A DNA stretch of 64,000 nucleotides from an uncultured Desulfobacter sp. Its GTDB lineage: Bacteria; Desulfobacterota; Desulfobacteria; Desulfobacterales; Desulfobacteraceae. Made by a program: the position numbers and the translations under genes. Positions 49,343 through 59,903 of the stretch are shown piece after piece. The notes beneath the pieces were generated by a model. The model had not been told where the DNA came from, searched no databases, and saw only the letters and a program-made list of their open reading frames with translations. The DNA lies in the NCBI GenBank assembly GCA_963665095.1, contig OY762069.1, forward strand, positions 5,536,001 to 5,600,000, read 5' to 3'. Every line of letters starts with the position of its first letter. The first letter of the stretch is position 1.

Positions 49343-51745
49343 ATGGGCGGACTGATCAAAAGAGCAGGGCTGGGTTTAATGGTTGTCGCAGTGATCGCAA
49401 TCGCAGCAGGTGCATATTATCTGAACTCAAAAAAGGCGGTCAGGTCCGGAACCTTATCGTTTTCAGGGCTTTCGGCGCCTGTTGATATCCGATTTGATAA
49501 GTTTGCCGTCCCCCATATATATGCAAAATGCGAAACAGATGCCTATTTTGCCCTGGGTTACCTGCATGCCCAGGACAGGCTCTTCCAGATGGAGCTGCTT
49601 CGTCGCCTGGCCAAGGGAGAACTCTGTGAAATTCTTGGCCCCAAACTGAAATCCACAGATACTTTTTTCAGGACCTTAAGGTTAAAACAGTTTGGGAAAG
49701 CGTATGCTGCCAGGGCAAATACCGGTACCCCGGCATTCAAAGCCAGTCTGGCCTATCTGGACGGTATCAATCAGTTTATCAATACCGGGCCTGCCCCCGT
49801 AGAATTTGACCTGTTAAAAATCCCTAAAAAAGAATTTGCCCTGTCCGATGTTGTCTGTGTGGCAGGATATATGGCTTACAGCTTTGCCGGTGGGTTCAAA
49901 ACCGATCCGGTGCTTACTTTTATCCGCGACACACTGGGAGATGCCTATTTAACCGATCTGGATTATAAACTTAAAGAAACACCTGCCATCAGACTGTCGG
50001 CAGTTACCCACAACTCCCTTGCGCAGGTGGCGGCACTTGTGGCCGACATTGAGACGCATTATTCACCGATGGGATTTTTTGAAGGCAGCAATGCCTGGGC
50101 TGTGATGGGAAACAAAACAGCTTCGGGCGAAACCATTCTTTCAGGAGATCCCCATATCGCACACGCCTGTCCTTCGGTCTGGTACGAGGCCCATATGGTC
50201 ACGCCGGATGCCAATTTCTACGGCCATTTCCTTGCAGGCGTTCCCATGGCTCTTCTGGGGTATAACCAGAAAGTGGCCTGGAGCCTGACCATGTTTCAAA
50301 ACGATGATGTGGATCTGTTTGCGGAAAAACCCAATCCGCAGAATCCCAATCAGGTCTGGTCCGAAGGAAGATGGGCAGATCTTGAGATTGAGCATGAAAC
50401 CATTAAAGTCAAAGGTGAAGCAGATCTGAATATTGATGTCAGAATTTCCAGGCACGGGCCCATCATCAATGATACCCTGGATCTTTTAAGTGCGGAGAAA
50501 CTGCCGGTGGCCGTCAGCTGGGGGTTTCACGATTTTAAAAATGACATGATCTCGGGTTTGTATGAATTATCCCATATTGATACCGTGTATCAGGCCCCGT
50601 CAGCCCTTGAAAAAATCCATGCACCGGGCCTGAATTTTGTCATGGCAGATGCAGGCGGAAATGTGGGATGGTGGGCTGTGGCCAGGCTGGTGACGCGCCC
50701 CGGCCATGTAGACCCTAACTTTATCCAGGACGGATCTGACCCATCCTGCGACTACACTGGCGCTTTGCCTTTTTCAGCCAACCCCCAGTTCATCAATCCC
50801 GATTCAGGATTTATCGTATCAGCCAATCACCAGCCCCAGGATTTCGGTACCGGGACAGTCCCGGGCTATTACAACCCGGACAACCGGGCAAGGCGCATTA
50901 AAAAGCTGCTGGAACAAAAAGGAAACAAGCTTACCGTCAGGGACATGCAGGATATCCAGTTAGACACGGGGTCCGCATTTTATAAGACCATTGCTGCAAA
51001 ACAGGTGGATATTTTAAAAACCATCCCGGAAGTACAGCAGGACGCCTCTTCAAAAACCGCGTTTAAACTGCTGACTGACTGGGATGGCTTCCACCGTCTT
51101 GATACCAAAGGCGCTGCTGTGTTTTATACCCTGCATTATTATCTGCTTAAAGCGGCGCTGGAAGATGAACTGGGTGAAAACCGCTTCAAGGCTTTTTTGC
51201 AGACACGGCTTGCAGACACCGGCATGTTAAAAATACTGGGAACTAAAAATTCTGTCTGGTGGGATAATGTCCTGACTTCCGAAAAAGAGTCCAGGAAAGC
51301 TATTATGCACGACGCCTGGAGAAAGGCGATTGACAGCCTTAAACAGGCGGCAGGCAACGATCCTGAAAAATGGGCCTGGGCCGATCTGCACACCATAGAG
51401 TACGTCCATGCCCTGGGCCGGAAAAAGCCTCTGGATAAATTGTTCAACATCGGACCTTTCAGCAGTGAAGGCTCAAGAGAGGTGCCTAATTACCAGGGGT
51501 TCCGAATCGGGCCACCGCCGTTCAAAATTACCCTTGGACCCTCCACCCGGCGGATTTTTGATTTCTCTGACCCGGCCCACTCCCTGGGAATTACACCAAC
51601 CGGCCAGAGCGGCAGCTTTATAGATCCTCATTTTGACGATCAGGCCCAATTGTACATATCGGGTAAATACAGGACCCAGCTGACCGATAAGGCTGAGGTT
51701 GAAAAGGCAACTGTGTCATTATTGCAGATAGTGCCGGAAGAATAA
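49343..51745 (+). CDS. Penicillin acylase family (Ntn-hydrolase) protein
   Basis: GGAGG ribosome-binding site; N-terminal TM; motifs VPHIYA, GYLHAQDRLFQMEL.RR, G|SNAWAV nucleophile, DPHI, TGQSG..PHFDDQ. Confidence 0.93.
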   Translation: MGGLIKRAGLGLMVVAVIAIAAGAYYLNSKKAVRSGTLSFSGLSAPVDIRFDKFAVPHIYAKCETDAYFALGYLHAQDRLFQMELLRRLAKGELCEILGPKLKSTDTFFRTLRLKQFGKAYAARANTGTPAFKASLAYLDGINQFINTGPAPVEFDLLKIPKKEFALSDVVCVAGYMAYSFAGGFKTDPVLTFIRDTLGDAYLTDLDYKLKETPAIRLSAVTHNSLAQVAALVADIETHYSPMGFFEGSNAWAVMGNKTASGETILSGDPHIAHACPSVWYEAHMVTPDANFYGHFLAGVPMALLGYNQKVAWSLTMFQNDDVDLFAEKPNPQNPNQVWSEGRWADLEIEHETIKVKGEADLNIDVRISRHGPIINDTLDLLSAEKLPVAVSWGFHDFKNDMISGLYELSHIDTVYQAPSALEKIHAPGLNFVMADAGGNVGWWAVARLVTRPGHVDPNFIQDGSDPSCDYTGALPFSANPQFINPDSGFIVSANHQPQDFGTGTVPGYYNPDNRARRIKKLLEQKGNKLTVRDMQDIQLDTGSAFYKTIAAKQVDILKTIPEVQQDASSKTAFKLLTDWDGFHRLDTKGAAVFYTLHYYLLKAALEDELGENRFKAFLQTRLADTGMLKILGTKNSVWWDNVLTSEKESRKAIMHDAWRKAIDSLKQAAGNDPEKWAWADLHTIEYVHALGRKKPLDKLFNIGPFSSEGSREVPNYQGFRIGPPPFKITLGPSTRRIFDFSDPAHSLGITPTGQSGSFIDPHFDDQAQLYISGKYRTQLTDKAEVEKATVSLLQIVPEE

Positions 51746-51813
51746 AAGGCTCTTCTGCGTAGAACGAACTTGCTCAACATCCTTTTTTACTTATAGGGCT
51801 GGTTCTCATGACA

Positions 51814-53754
51814 CTAAGGATATACTGCAACCCCATAAATAAGAACCGGCGTTGTCTTGCCCTTCACAAGAACATGGCCACGCCGGTTTAAAAAAAACTC
51901 CTGTGGCCTGTCCAGCAGATCCGCTACATCTGATGAGACAATAATCTGCTCATTCTTCTTCTTTGTCAGGCTTTCAAGGCGTGAGGCAATATTAACGGCA
52001 TCGCCTATTACAGTCGAATCCATGCGGTCTGACGTGCCCACCGTGCCGATCACCACTTTGCCGATATGAATGCCGATACCCATCTCAAGTTTTGGCTTGT
52101 CCGTGTCGTTTGCGTTCCGGTTGAACTGCACAAGGGCCTGATGCATTTCCACTGCAGCCCTGACAGCGTTTCTGGCGCTGTGGGCAGGGGTTTTTCCATC
52201 CGAATCAAACAGCGCCATAATGGCATCTCCCAAAAACTTATCAATGAAACCATGGTTTCTGTGAATGGGTTCACTCATGGCGCTGAAAAACGAATTTAAA
52301 AAATTCAGGAGCTGTTCCGGTCTCATCTTTTCAGAAAGGGTGGTAAAGGAACGGATATCACAGAATAAAACAGCAATGGTGTCATTTTCAGCATTTCCCA
52401 CTGCAATGCTTCGGATGCCTTTTTTTGCAATGTGGTCCAAAAACCGGGATGGCACAAATTTTTTAAACGCAGTAACCAGCCCTTCAATTTTATTATAGTA
52501 TCGGGAATATTGTATGGCCATCACAAGAGCCTGGCTAAGAATCATAACCAAAAGACCCAGTGGCATGTAGTTGCCGGTTTTAATCACTTCATCAGAATAA
52601 AGGATATCGTTTACAACACTGGCGGAAAACACAGTGAAGCCGAATAGAATGAATCCTGAACCACTCCGGCGCCGAACCGTTGCCTGGACCAGACGGATCA
52701 GCGTGTAGATGCAGTACCCCATTGCAATGAATTTAAACGAGGGCGTAAAAATCCAGAAAATTTTTACGGGAAGAAAACAAACCGGAATGGCGTAAATCAG
52801 CCCCAGCACGGCTGCTACTCCAAGAAATCGTTTTGAAAACTCTTTTGGAAAAACAGATGCCAGAAAACCTGCAAAAGCCGGCAGCAGCAGATACAGGCAA
52901 AGGATCATGATTTTTCGTAAAACCTGCCAGGAAAAATCAGGATAAACCTGTGTGACAAGGGTTAAATCCGTGGTCAGATTCCTTAGCGAAATCAAAAGGC
53001 AAATCAGGAAAAAGTACAGATGAGACAGGTTTGTGCGCCGGAAATAAAACAGCAGGAAATGGTACCCGCCCATGGTGAGAATACTTCCGATTACCAGCAG
53101 CGTGATGCCGTTGACAAAGGCGTGATGCCTGCGGATCTCTTTTTCATTTCCCAGTTTTATTGACCGGACAATACCGCCGTCGGCATGGCTGAAATTGGAC
53201 ACCTGAACAAGGATGTCACACTTTTTATGCGCTGGCCTGAAGGAGATAACCCGGCTTAGGCTCTGAGGCGTTGCCCTGTCCGGCCGGGTACCGACAATGC
53301 CGTTCCCGCCGACGGACTTTCCGTCTATCCACATTCTGTAGGCGGTTGACATATATAGAATGCTCAACGCCAGGGAGTGATCGGTGGCCGGCAGAATCAG
53401 CTGCAGTCGGTAGGTTGCGTAGCCGCAGCTGTCAAACCGCTTGCCAGGGGCCTGGTTGTGCCGGGTCCAGGACTGAGGCACCGGGATATATCCCGTCTGC
53501 CTGGGCAGAGGCGCAGATGAAAAATCCTTTGGTGTCAGAAGCGTTTGCCAGTAGAACTGCCAGTCCCCATCCAGGTTGATAAAGTCTGTTTTTTCAAAAT
53601 TTATTCCGGAAAGATCCAGTACCCCGTTGGCAGCCTTTGGTTTCGCTACCGGCATTCGGGCCGTTGCGAAGCCCTGGGAAGGGATTATTACGGCGATTAC
53701 CATAATCCATGGAAAAATGGTTTTTCGCCATACCATGTTTAATAGCCGTGTCAT
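51814..53754 (-). CDS. 7TM-DISM-type membrane adenylate/guanylate cyclase
   Basis: Periplasmic LDGDWQFYW...GYATYRL domain; about 7 TM segments; FCDIRSFT, DKFLGDAIMA, TVIGDAVNIASRLE. Confidence 0.9.
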   Translation of the reverse strand: MTRLLNMVWRKTIFPWIMVIAVIIPSQGFATARMPVAKPKAANGVLDLSGINFEKTDFINLDGDWQFYWQTLLTPKDFSSAPLPRQTGYIPVPQSWTRHNQAPGKRFDSCGYATYRLQLILPATDHSLALSILYMSTAYRMWIDGKSVGGNGIVGTRPDRATPQSLSRVISFRPAHKKCDILVQVSNFSHADGGIVRSIKLGNEKEIRRHHAFVNGITLLVIGSILTMGGYHFLLFYFRRTNLSHLYFFLICLLISLRNLTTDLTLVTQVYPDFSWQVLRKIMILCLYLLLPAFAGFLASVFPKEFSKRFLGVAAVLGLIYAIPVCFLPVKIFWIFTPSFKFIAMGYCIYTLIRLVQATVRRRSGSGFILFGFTVFSASVVNDILYSDEVIKTGNYMPLGLLVMILSQALVMAIQYSRYYNKIEGLVTAFKKFVPSRFLDHIAKKGIRSIAVGNAENDTIAVLFCDIRSFTTLSEKMRPEQLLNFLNSFFSAMSEPIHRNHGFIDKFLGDAIMALFDSDGKTPAHSARNAVRAAVEMHQALVQFNRNANDTDKPKLEMGIGIHIGKVVIGTVGTSDRMDSTVIGDAVNIASRLESLTKKKNEQIIVSSDVADLLDRPQEFFLNRRGHVLVKGKTTPVLIYGVAVYP

Positions 53755-53890
53755 AGCTCTCGCCCATTGCCGGAGTTGTCAATTGTACATGGATAAATTT
53801 ATGAGAATTCAAAAGGTTACCCGATTCCTTCATATAAAACAAATGATCAAAAAGATAAAGGAAATTAAAAAGACCGGTTATTGAAGGATG

Positions 53891-55818
53891 CTAACTTAAG
53901 AAGGAGAGAACCGGCAGGTGGTATTTCCCTTGCTCTGTCAGGGAGAGCCAGCGAATCTGCAGGGAGATATCGACAAAACACAAAGGAAGGATCTCTTCAT
54001 GAATCTGGGCCATGACATCCTGGAAATTGACCAGATCTCTCCCACAGCCGGGAATAAGGATGCCGTCAAGGTGAGCCAGATCATCCAAAGCCGACAGCCC
54101 CGGTAGACTGCCATGAGTCCAGAGCAGTACCTGGCGCTGCATGGGACCCTGGAAAAATGAATCGGTTTCGCCAGATACCAGGGTAAAAAGAATACTGCGG
54201 TTTCCCGGTTCCGGATAGAGATACTGCTGGTCCAGGTCCAGAAAATGGGGGCGCTTGTGGGCAGTCGCTCTTTCAATGGCCATGGTGTCGGGCAGGAACC
54301 CGGGTGTCAAAAAGACAAGTTCCAGGGGGACAAAGGGATTTTTTTCTGAAATAACGGCTGTGACCCGATTCATATATGTCTGGTCCAGGGCACTGCCTGA
54401 AAAAAAGATCTGGAACGGGGAGGAAATTCGGTCGGCAAGATTCCGGATCTCTATCAGGGGGCGAATGGTGTCGAGCATCAGTTTGGCCAGAAGTGGCCGG
54501 CCGCCACAGGCGATGTAATGATCTTTTACAGTTGGAGATGCTTTCTTATTGCCCTGAAAGGAGATCTCAAGGTCCGGAAAAGGCAGAAACGCCCGCTCAA
54601 ATGCCTCCTCGGCAAAATCCAGGGCCGCTTCCATATCGGGACGCGAAAATCCAGGGGTTTCAATTACCGGATAGGGGGGAAAGGGGTTAAAGATCAGGCC
54701 CAGTTTCCCGGCGTTTTTGCGAAATGCGGTTCCCGGCAGTACCAGAAGCGGGATACCTGGACGTTCTCCTCCAGCCCCTGGTCCAGTAGAAAATCCACGC
54801 TTTCAATAAATCCCTGGACCGTATCTCCGGGCAGGCCGAAGATCAAATCAATGGTCACGGTGATATCCCGCTCCTGCAGGGCTTTTGCCCCTGTCACAAA
54901 TCGTTTGAGATCCGTGGGACGGTTCATGATTTTTAAAGCTGCCGGGTTGGTGCTCTGCAGTCCCACTTCAAACTGGGTAAAGCCGGCCCGGGCATACAGG
55001 TCTGCCAGTTCGCCGGTGATGGACTCCGCCCGGATTTCGCTGATGATGGGAATTTTTTTAGATTTGTTCAAAGCCTCAATATCACTCAGCAGGCCCTTCA
55101 GACCTGGCCGGGCATTCAGGGAGGGGTCCATCAGATAGATCTCCTGGCCCCCATTGTCAAGGGCCCAGGCAATACCGTCCAGAACCTGCCGGCTGTCGGC
55201 AACATTCCTTTTTTTTCTGGCCTTGGAATAGTAGCAGAATCCGCATTGATACGGGCATCCCCGCTGGGTTTCCAGCAGCATGACGTGCCCGGGACCAAAA
55301 TCCAGATGACCCTTGACATAGGGAGAGCCCAGGGCAAGCATGGAGGCTTGGCCGGAACCACTATGGCACCGCACATCAGAGCATGTTGAGCCGCTGCAGG
55401 TATTAACCCACAACGACCTGTCCGCCAATATCTGCCGGAACAGGGTCTCCCCTTCTCCTATGATCAGGAAATCAATAAAATCCGGAAAATCCGTCAGGGT
55501 ATCTTCGGTCACCTGGGGGCCGCCGAAAATTAGTTTTGCACCGGTCTTCTCTTTAATCTGCCGGGCCAGAAACGCCGATCTTTCCATGTTCCAGGCAAAC
55601 ACTGTAAATCCCACAAGATCCGGGCAAAAGGCACAGACATCCTGAACCACGGCCTGGTCGCCTGCCCAGGATACAGCCTGTTCAGGCATGAGCGTCACTT
55701 CCCAGCCGGCGATCCCATCAGCGGCCTGCTTCAGGCAGGCCCCGGCCAGAGGTATGTTGCCGGTGTTAAGACCCTGGTTGAGTCTGGGAATGGGCAGTTG
55801 CAGCAGTAATGCTTTCAT
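53891..55818 (-). pseudogene. B12-binding radical SAM protein split by a 1-nt frameshift near 54753
   Basis: Motifs ETQRGCPYQCGFCYY and EVGLQS. Adding one T (GTA TTC CCG) gives QVFPLLVLPGTAFRKNA...PPYPVIETPGFS, in frame with the 53891-54634 ORF. Confidence 0.85.
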
Positions 55819-55914
55819 GAAGACAATAAAACCACAAAATAAGAGGAATTACCACGGCTGATTAGTCCCGGCACAACACATCGAATGACGTGGCAAAGGC
55901 GGATTAAAGCCCGG

Positions 55915-55949
55915 ACCAATCAAACCCCGCACCAATCAAACCCCGCACC
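55915..55949. repeat. 16-bp tandem duplication
   Basis: ACCAATCAAACCCCGC twice, followed by ACC. Confidence 0.85.
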
Positions 55950-55975
55950 CCTGTCGCGCCTGGGGCACTATAATT

Positions 55976-56020
55976 AAAGCCGGCGCCATTCCGGGAGGGC
56001 CCGGAATGGCGCCGGCTTTT
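55976..56020. terminator. Strong GC-rich terminator hairpin
   Basis: AAAGCCGGCGCCATTCCGGG-AGGG-CCCGGAATGGCGCCGGCTTT, downstream of the FAD oxidase gene. Confidence 0.85.
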
Positions 56021-56076
56021 ACGTCAAATGTACCGCAATATTGCCCGTTTATCTAAACAACTATATGAAGCTGTGG

Positions 56077-57366
56077 TTAGAAGATCGGCGTTCTGCGCTG
56101 GGCAAAGTGGTAAAGTCTGGACCCGGCCTCATAAAACAACCCCCGCAGGGCTCTGAAGCTGACCGGGGTGATGGGGGATACCGGCAACGGAATATCATCG
56201 CTGGTGCCGCCACTCATGTATTTGGCCATGAGTTTGCCAAATACGGTTCCAGGCCCGATGCCGCGGCCGTTGTAACAGGTGACCATGGCCATGCTGTCAT
56301 CCATGACGTGGAACCGGGGAATATGGTCCGTGGTCATGGCAATCCGGCCGTACCAGGCATGCTCCAGCTCAATATCGCCGATCTGGGGGAAAACCTTGTT
56401 CAGGGTACGTTTTACCCAGGACCTGTTAATGTCCATGGAAAACCCTTCAAGATTTCCCACGCTGCCCACAGCCAGACGCCCGTTTTTATCCAGACGGAAG
56501 GAGGAGAGAATCAGGTTGGTGTCCCAGATCCCGTTTTTCCCGGGCAGCACGGTTTTCAGGGTATCAGAAGGGATGGGAGCTGTGGCAAACTGAAAATAGT
56601 TAAAGGGGACCAGATTGTTTATAAAGCTGCCAAATGCCCTTTCCGGATATCCCATGACAGCCACGATCACCTTTTTGGCCTTCACCTGCCCTGCCGGCGT
56701 TTTCAGGGTATAGCCGGAAGCGGTTTTTTCAAATCCGATCACAGGCGAATTGTTGTACAGCTCTGCACCTTCCTTTAAAGCGGCATTGGCCAGGCCAAAG
56801 GCATAGGCCAGCGGTTGAATGGTACCGGCCCGTTCGTCCAGCAGGGCCCCGCGATAGGCTTTTGTACCCAGATGGGCAGCTGCCTCGTCCTTTTCAAGCA
56901 GACGGACTGGGGCACCGACCTTCTGCCACTGGCGCTCCCGTTCCTTCAAAGCGTTGTACCCTGCGCCTGAATCAGCGCAGTGAAGGGTGCCGTAAGGCCA
57001 TGCTTCACAATCCATGCCGTATTTCTCCACCAGGCTGTAAACCAGCTGGGGAGAGGCACCGAGCACATCAATCAGCTCCTGACCGTGTTTGTCTCCCACC
57101 AGTTTAATCACGTCTTCAGGCATGAGCCACAGGCCTGCGTTCACCAGGCCTACATTCCTGCCGGCACCGCCAAAGCCCACATCCTTTGCTTCCAGCATGA
57201 TGCATGAATGGCCGTCAAGGGCCAGATGAAGTGCTGCTGACAGCCCGGTGAATCCGCCGCCGATAATGGCAACGTCTGTTTCCTTTTCGCCCTGGAATAC
57301 ACTCAGGGCCGGTTTATCTTTGGCTGTGGTCCGCCAAAGACCATGTGTCATTTCTGTATAAGTCAT
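56077..57366 (-). CDS. FAD-dependent amino-acid/amine oxidoreductase (DAO family, L-pipecolate-oxidase-like)
   Basis: GGAGG ribosome-binding site before ATG 57366; motifs IIGGGFTGLSAA, GRNVGLVNAGLW, GTIQPLAY, YNGRGIGPGT. Confidence 0.88.
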   Translation of the reverse strand: MTYTEMTHGLWRTTAKDKPALSVFQGEKETDVAIIGGGFTGLSAALHLALDGHSCIMLEAKDVGFGGAGRNVGLVNAGLWLMPEDVIKLVGDKHGQELIDVLGASPQLVYSLVEKYGMDCEAWPYGTLHCADSGAGYNALKERERQWQKVGAPVRLLEKDEAAAHLGTKAYRGALLDERAGTIQPLAYAFGLANAALKEGAELYNNSPVIGFEKTASGYTLKTPAGQVKAKKVIVAVMGYPERAFGSFINNLVPFNYFQFATAPIPSDTLKTVLPGKNGIWDTNLILSSFRLDKNGRLAVGSVGNLEGFSMDINRSWVKRTLNKVFPQIGDIELEHAWYGRIAMTTDHIPRFHVMDDSMAMVTCYNGRGIGPGTVFGKLMAKYMSGGTSDDIPLPVSPITPVSFRALRGLFYEAGSRLYHFAQRRTPIF

Positions 57367-57419
57367 GTTACCTCCTGTTATCGCACCAAAACAACGCGTC
57401 TCAAAAATTGATATTTTAC

Positions 57420-57531
57420 TGGTATACCAAAAAAATATTAGTGTCAAGCATTTGAAAGAAAACTTGATATAATTTTTTTAGCAGCCAGGTCGCTTGCATT
57501 GATCCTTAGCTTGTATTATTAAGGTATACCA
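57420..57531. promoter_or_regulatory. Two probable GntR operators
   Basis: TGGTATACCA (57420-57429, perfect palindrome) and AGGTATACCA (57522-57531) in the divergent intergenic region. Confidence 0.7.
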
Positions 57532-57561
57532 ATAAATCATGCAATGAAACGGAACTCATAA

Positions 57562-58218
57562 ATGAATCAGGATATCTACAACACCTTAAGGGATCGGATT
57601 ATTCACCTGGACCATGAGCCGGGTACCATACTCAAAGAGCAGGAACTGGCCGCGGAATTCGGCGTCAGCCGGACCCCTTTGCGCACGGTGCTGTTTCGTC
57701 TGGAATGGGAGCACCTGGTTAAAATTCTGCCAAGAACCGGCATCTTTGTCATGGAGCTGGAACTGGGCACCATCACCAATGTATTCCAGGCCCGCCTGGA
57801 ACTGGAAGCCGTAATCGGTACCATGGCGGCCACCCGGATATCGACAACTCAGATCCAGCGGTTTAAAGATCTTGAAGCAGCCTGCAGTGCGTTAAAGGGG
57901 GAAAAAAATCCTAAAAAACTGTCATCCCTGGACATGGAGAACAAACAGATCTTCCACCAGGCGGCCGGCAACCCCTTTCTGACTGAAATGTCCGACCGCC
58001 TCTATGCCCTGACCTACCGCCTTTGGTATTTCAACCTGCTCAAAATGGATGCGGCCAACTGGGACAGTGAGGTTGAGGCTGTGCGTGAGGACCTGGTCAT
58101 TCTGTCCCAATGCTTTTCAACAGGTAACCCTGAAGCCGTAGGTCAGGCCAGGAAAGACCAGCTGCTGAAACATCTGGAGCGTATTCGCTCATCATTCCTG
58201 GGCCTGTCAGGCTTATAA
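57562..58218 (+). CDS. GntR-family (FCD) transcriptional regulator
   Basis: Motifs PGTILKEQELAAEFGVSRTPLR and FHQAAGNPFL. Confidence 0.93.
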   Translation: MNQDIYNTLRDRIIHLDHEPGTILKEQELAAEFGVSRTPLRTVLFRLEWEHLVKILPRTGIFVMELELGTITNVFQARLELEAVIGTMAATRISTTQIQRFKDLEAACSALKGEKNPKKLSSLDMENKQIFHQAAGNPFLTEMSDRLYALTYRLWYFNLLKMDAANWDSEVEAVREDLVILSQCFSTGNPEAVGQARKDQLLKHLERIRSSFLGLSGL

Positions 58219-58225
58219 CCGGGAT

Positions 58226-59002
58226 TTATTTTTTCTTCTGCGCCATGGTTGCCTGAACAAAAGAGAGCGTTGCCTTGACATCGGGATTGAGCAGGGCGCT
58301 GACCATGGTGGTCTGCCAGTTCTCCTTTTTCAGGCGCTGTCGCATACGGCTGGCGGCCGCAAGCTTCAACTCTTTTTTAATCTGGATAAACGGCCGGTTG
58401 GGCGTATCAATCCACAGGGAGACAAGCGCTTTGGCCCGATCCAGAAGTCGATCTGCCTCTGTTAGTTCGTCCACCATCTTTATATCCAGGGCCTTTTCAG
58501 GAGAGATCATCTCACCGAAATACATCACATTCTGAAAGGTCTTGTCAGAGTCAAGTCCAAACCGCACCACACTGGATTCAGCGATGGACAGGGCCAGCCC
58601 GATTTTAATTTCACTCATGCCCAGTTTGATTTTGGGATGGTTGACGGCAATACGGTAATCCGAGGCCAGGGCAAGGATCAGCCCCATGGCGGCGCAGTGG
58701 CCGTTGATGGCGCTGATGACCGGCTTGTCACAGGTGAAAAAATCCACAAGGATCTCTTCTTCCTGCTCAAAAAAATTAATTACGTCCTGATCGGTTTCAA
58801 AACTTAAAAACATGGGCAGGCTGAATCCGCTGGAGAAAAACCGGCCCTCACCGGTGAGAACCAGCCCCTTGATCTCATCCCTTCCGTTGACCTCATCAAC
58901 GATCTCTTTGAGGCTGAGTAGTGTTTCCAAGGTTACCGCATTCGTGGCCCCATCCGACAGGGTGGCAATAATAATATTGTCCTGAATCTCTTTTTTCAGC
59001 AT
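58226..59002 (-). CDS. Enoyl-CoA hydratase/isomerase family protein
   Basis: Motifs LTGEGRFFSSG, KPVISAINGHC, ASDYR, GMSEIKIGL. Confidence 0.92.
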   Translation of the reverse strand: MLKKEIQDNIIIATLSDGATNAVTLETLLSLKEIVDEVNGRDEIKGLVLTGEGRFFSSGFSLPMFLSFETDQDVINFFEQEEEILVDFFTCDKPVISAINGHCAAMGLILALASDYRIAVNHPKIKLGMSEIKIGLALSIAESSVVRFGLDSDKTFQNVMYFGEMISPEKALDIKMVDELTEADRLLDRAKALVSLWIDTPNRPFIQIKKELKLAAASRMRQRLKKENWQTTMVSALLNPDVKATLSFVQATMAQKKK

Positions 59003-59195
59003 GAATCTGTCCTCATATTCTAAAGGGTTGTCATCCGTGCCTTTGTTTTCAAAAACCTTTGCCCTGTAAAAAATAAAATCAGGCAAAAGGCGACGGCACG
59101 TTCTTTTCATCGGCAACCACTGTTCTTATCCCATTCCCATGGTCAGTGCAAGAAATATGCATTATAACCATCTGAAATGAAGGTAGAAAAATTTC

Positions 59196-59225
59196 TTGAC
59201 AAGTCTCAAAATACCCGGATATATT
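59196..59225 (+). promoter_or_regulatory. Sigma70-type promoter of the ADH/AOR operon
   Basis: TTGACA-18 nt-TATATT. Confidence 0.6.
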
Positions 59226-59328
59226 ATTGTCAGTCATCCGGCCGACTCATACTTTTCTCAGACCGGTGATGCACGCCAACGCAAAAGCACCACATGAGCT
59301 AACACGCTTTAAAGAGCAGGAGAACACC

Positions 59329-59859
59329 ATGGAATCTTTTGTACAGATCAAACCGGGCAAGCGATATCTGACACGCGCCTATCTGTCTGTCATGCTCTGG
59401 TTCGTAGGTAAGGCCATCCAGGCGGCCGCCAGGGCAGACAAGGAAGTGGCAGACGAATTTTCCACCATGCCTGACGGGTATACTTTCAGTTTAGGTGCCT
59501 ACCCAAACGGTCCCTATATGGTGGTGGGAAAAAATGACAAAGGACGGGTCAGGTATCTTGGTTCCAACATTGACAGGCAGCCGGTCCACCTGCAGATGAC
59601 CCTGAAAAGCACAGGCCACCTGTTCACGCTGTTTACCTTCCGGGAAAGCACACCCACGGCCAATGCCAGGGACCGGCTCTTTGTTCTCGGTGATGTGCCC
59701 CATGCCTGCACAGTGACCCGGATATTGAATATCGTCCAGGTATACCTTCTGGCAAAACCTGTTGCCAAACTGGCAATTAAGCGCTATCCGGACTGGCCTT
59801 TGTCCCGCCACATTTTTACCCGGGCTATGGTGCTGACAAGAACCGTTACAGGTATCTAA
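59329..59859 (+). CDS. Hypothetical protein (176 aa), first gene of the ADH/AOR operon
   Basis: AGGAG ribosome-binding site before ATG 59329; no motif recognised with confidence. Confidence 0.8.
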   Translation: MESFVQIKPGKRYLTRAYLSVMLWFVGKAIQAAARADKEVADEFSTMPDGYTFSLGAYPNGPYMVVGKNDKGRVRYLGSNIDRQPVHLQMTLKSTGHLFTLFTFRESTPTANARDRLFVLGDVPHACTVTRILNIVQVYLLAKPVAKLAIKRYPDWPLSRHIFTRAMVLTRTVTGI

Positions 59860-59903
59860 CTTTGCCGTTTCTTTCACATTAATTAAAAGGAAAGGCTGTC
59901 TAC

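Noticed and set aside
49240..49485. 81-aa ORF overlapping the acylase start
   Set aside because: It overlaps the real gene out of frame. Only its 5' repeat portion is noted as a finding.
55915..55949. Tandem repeat as a CRISPR remnant
   Set aside because: Two adjacent 16-mers with no spacer, and no cas genes in the window.
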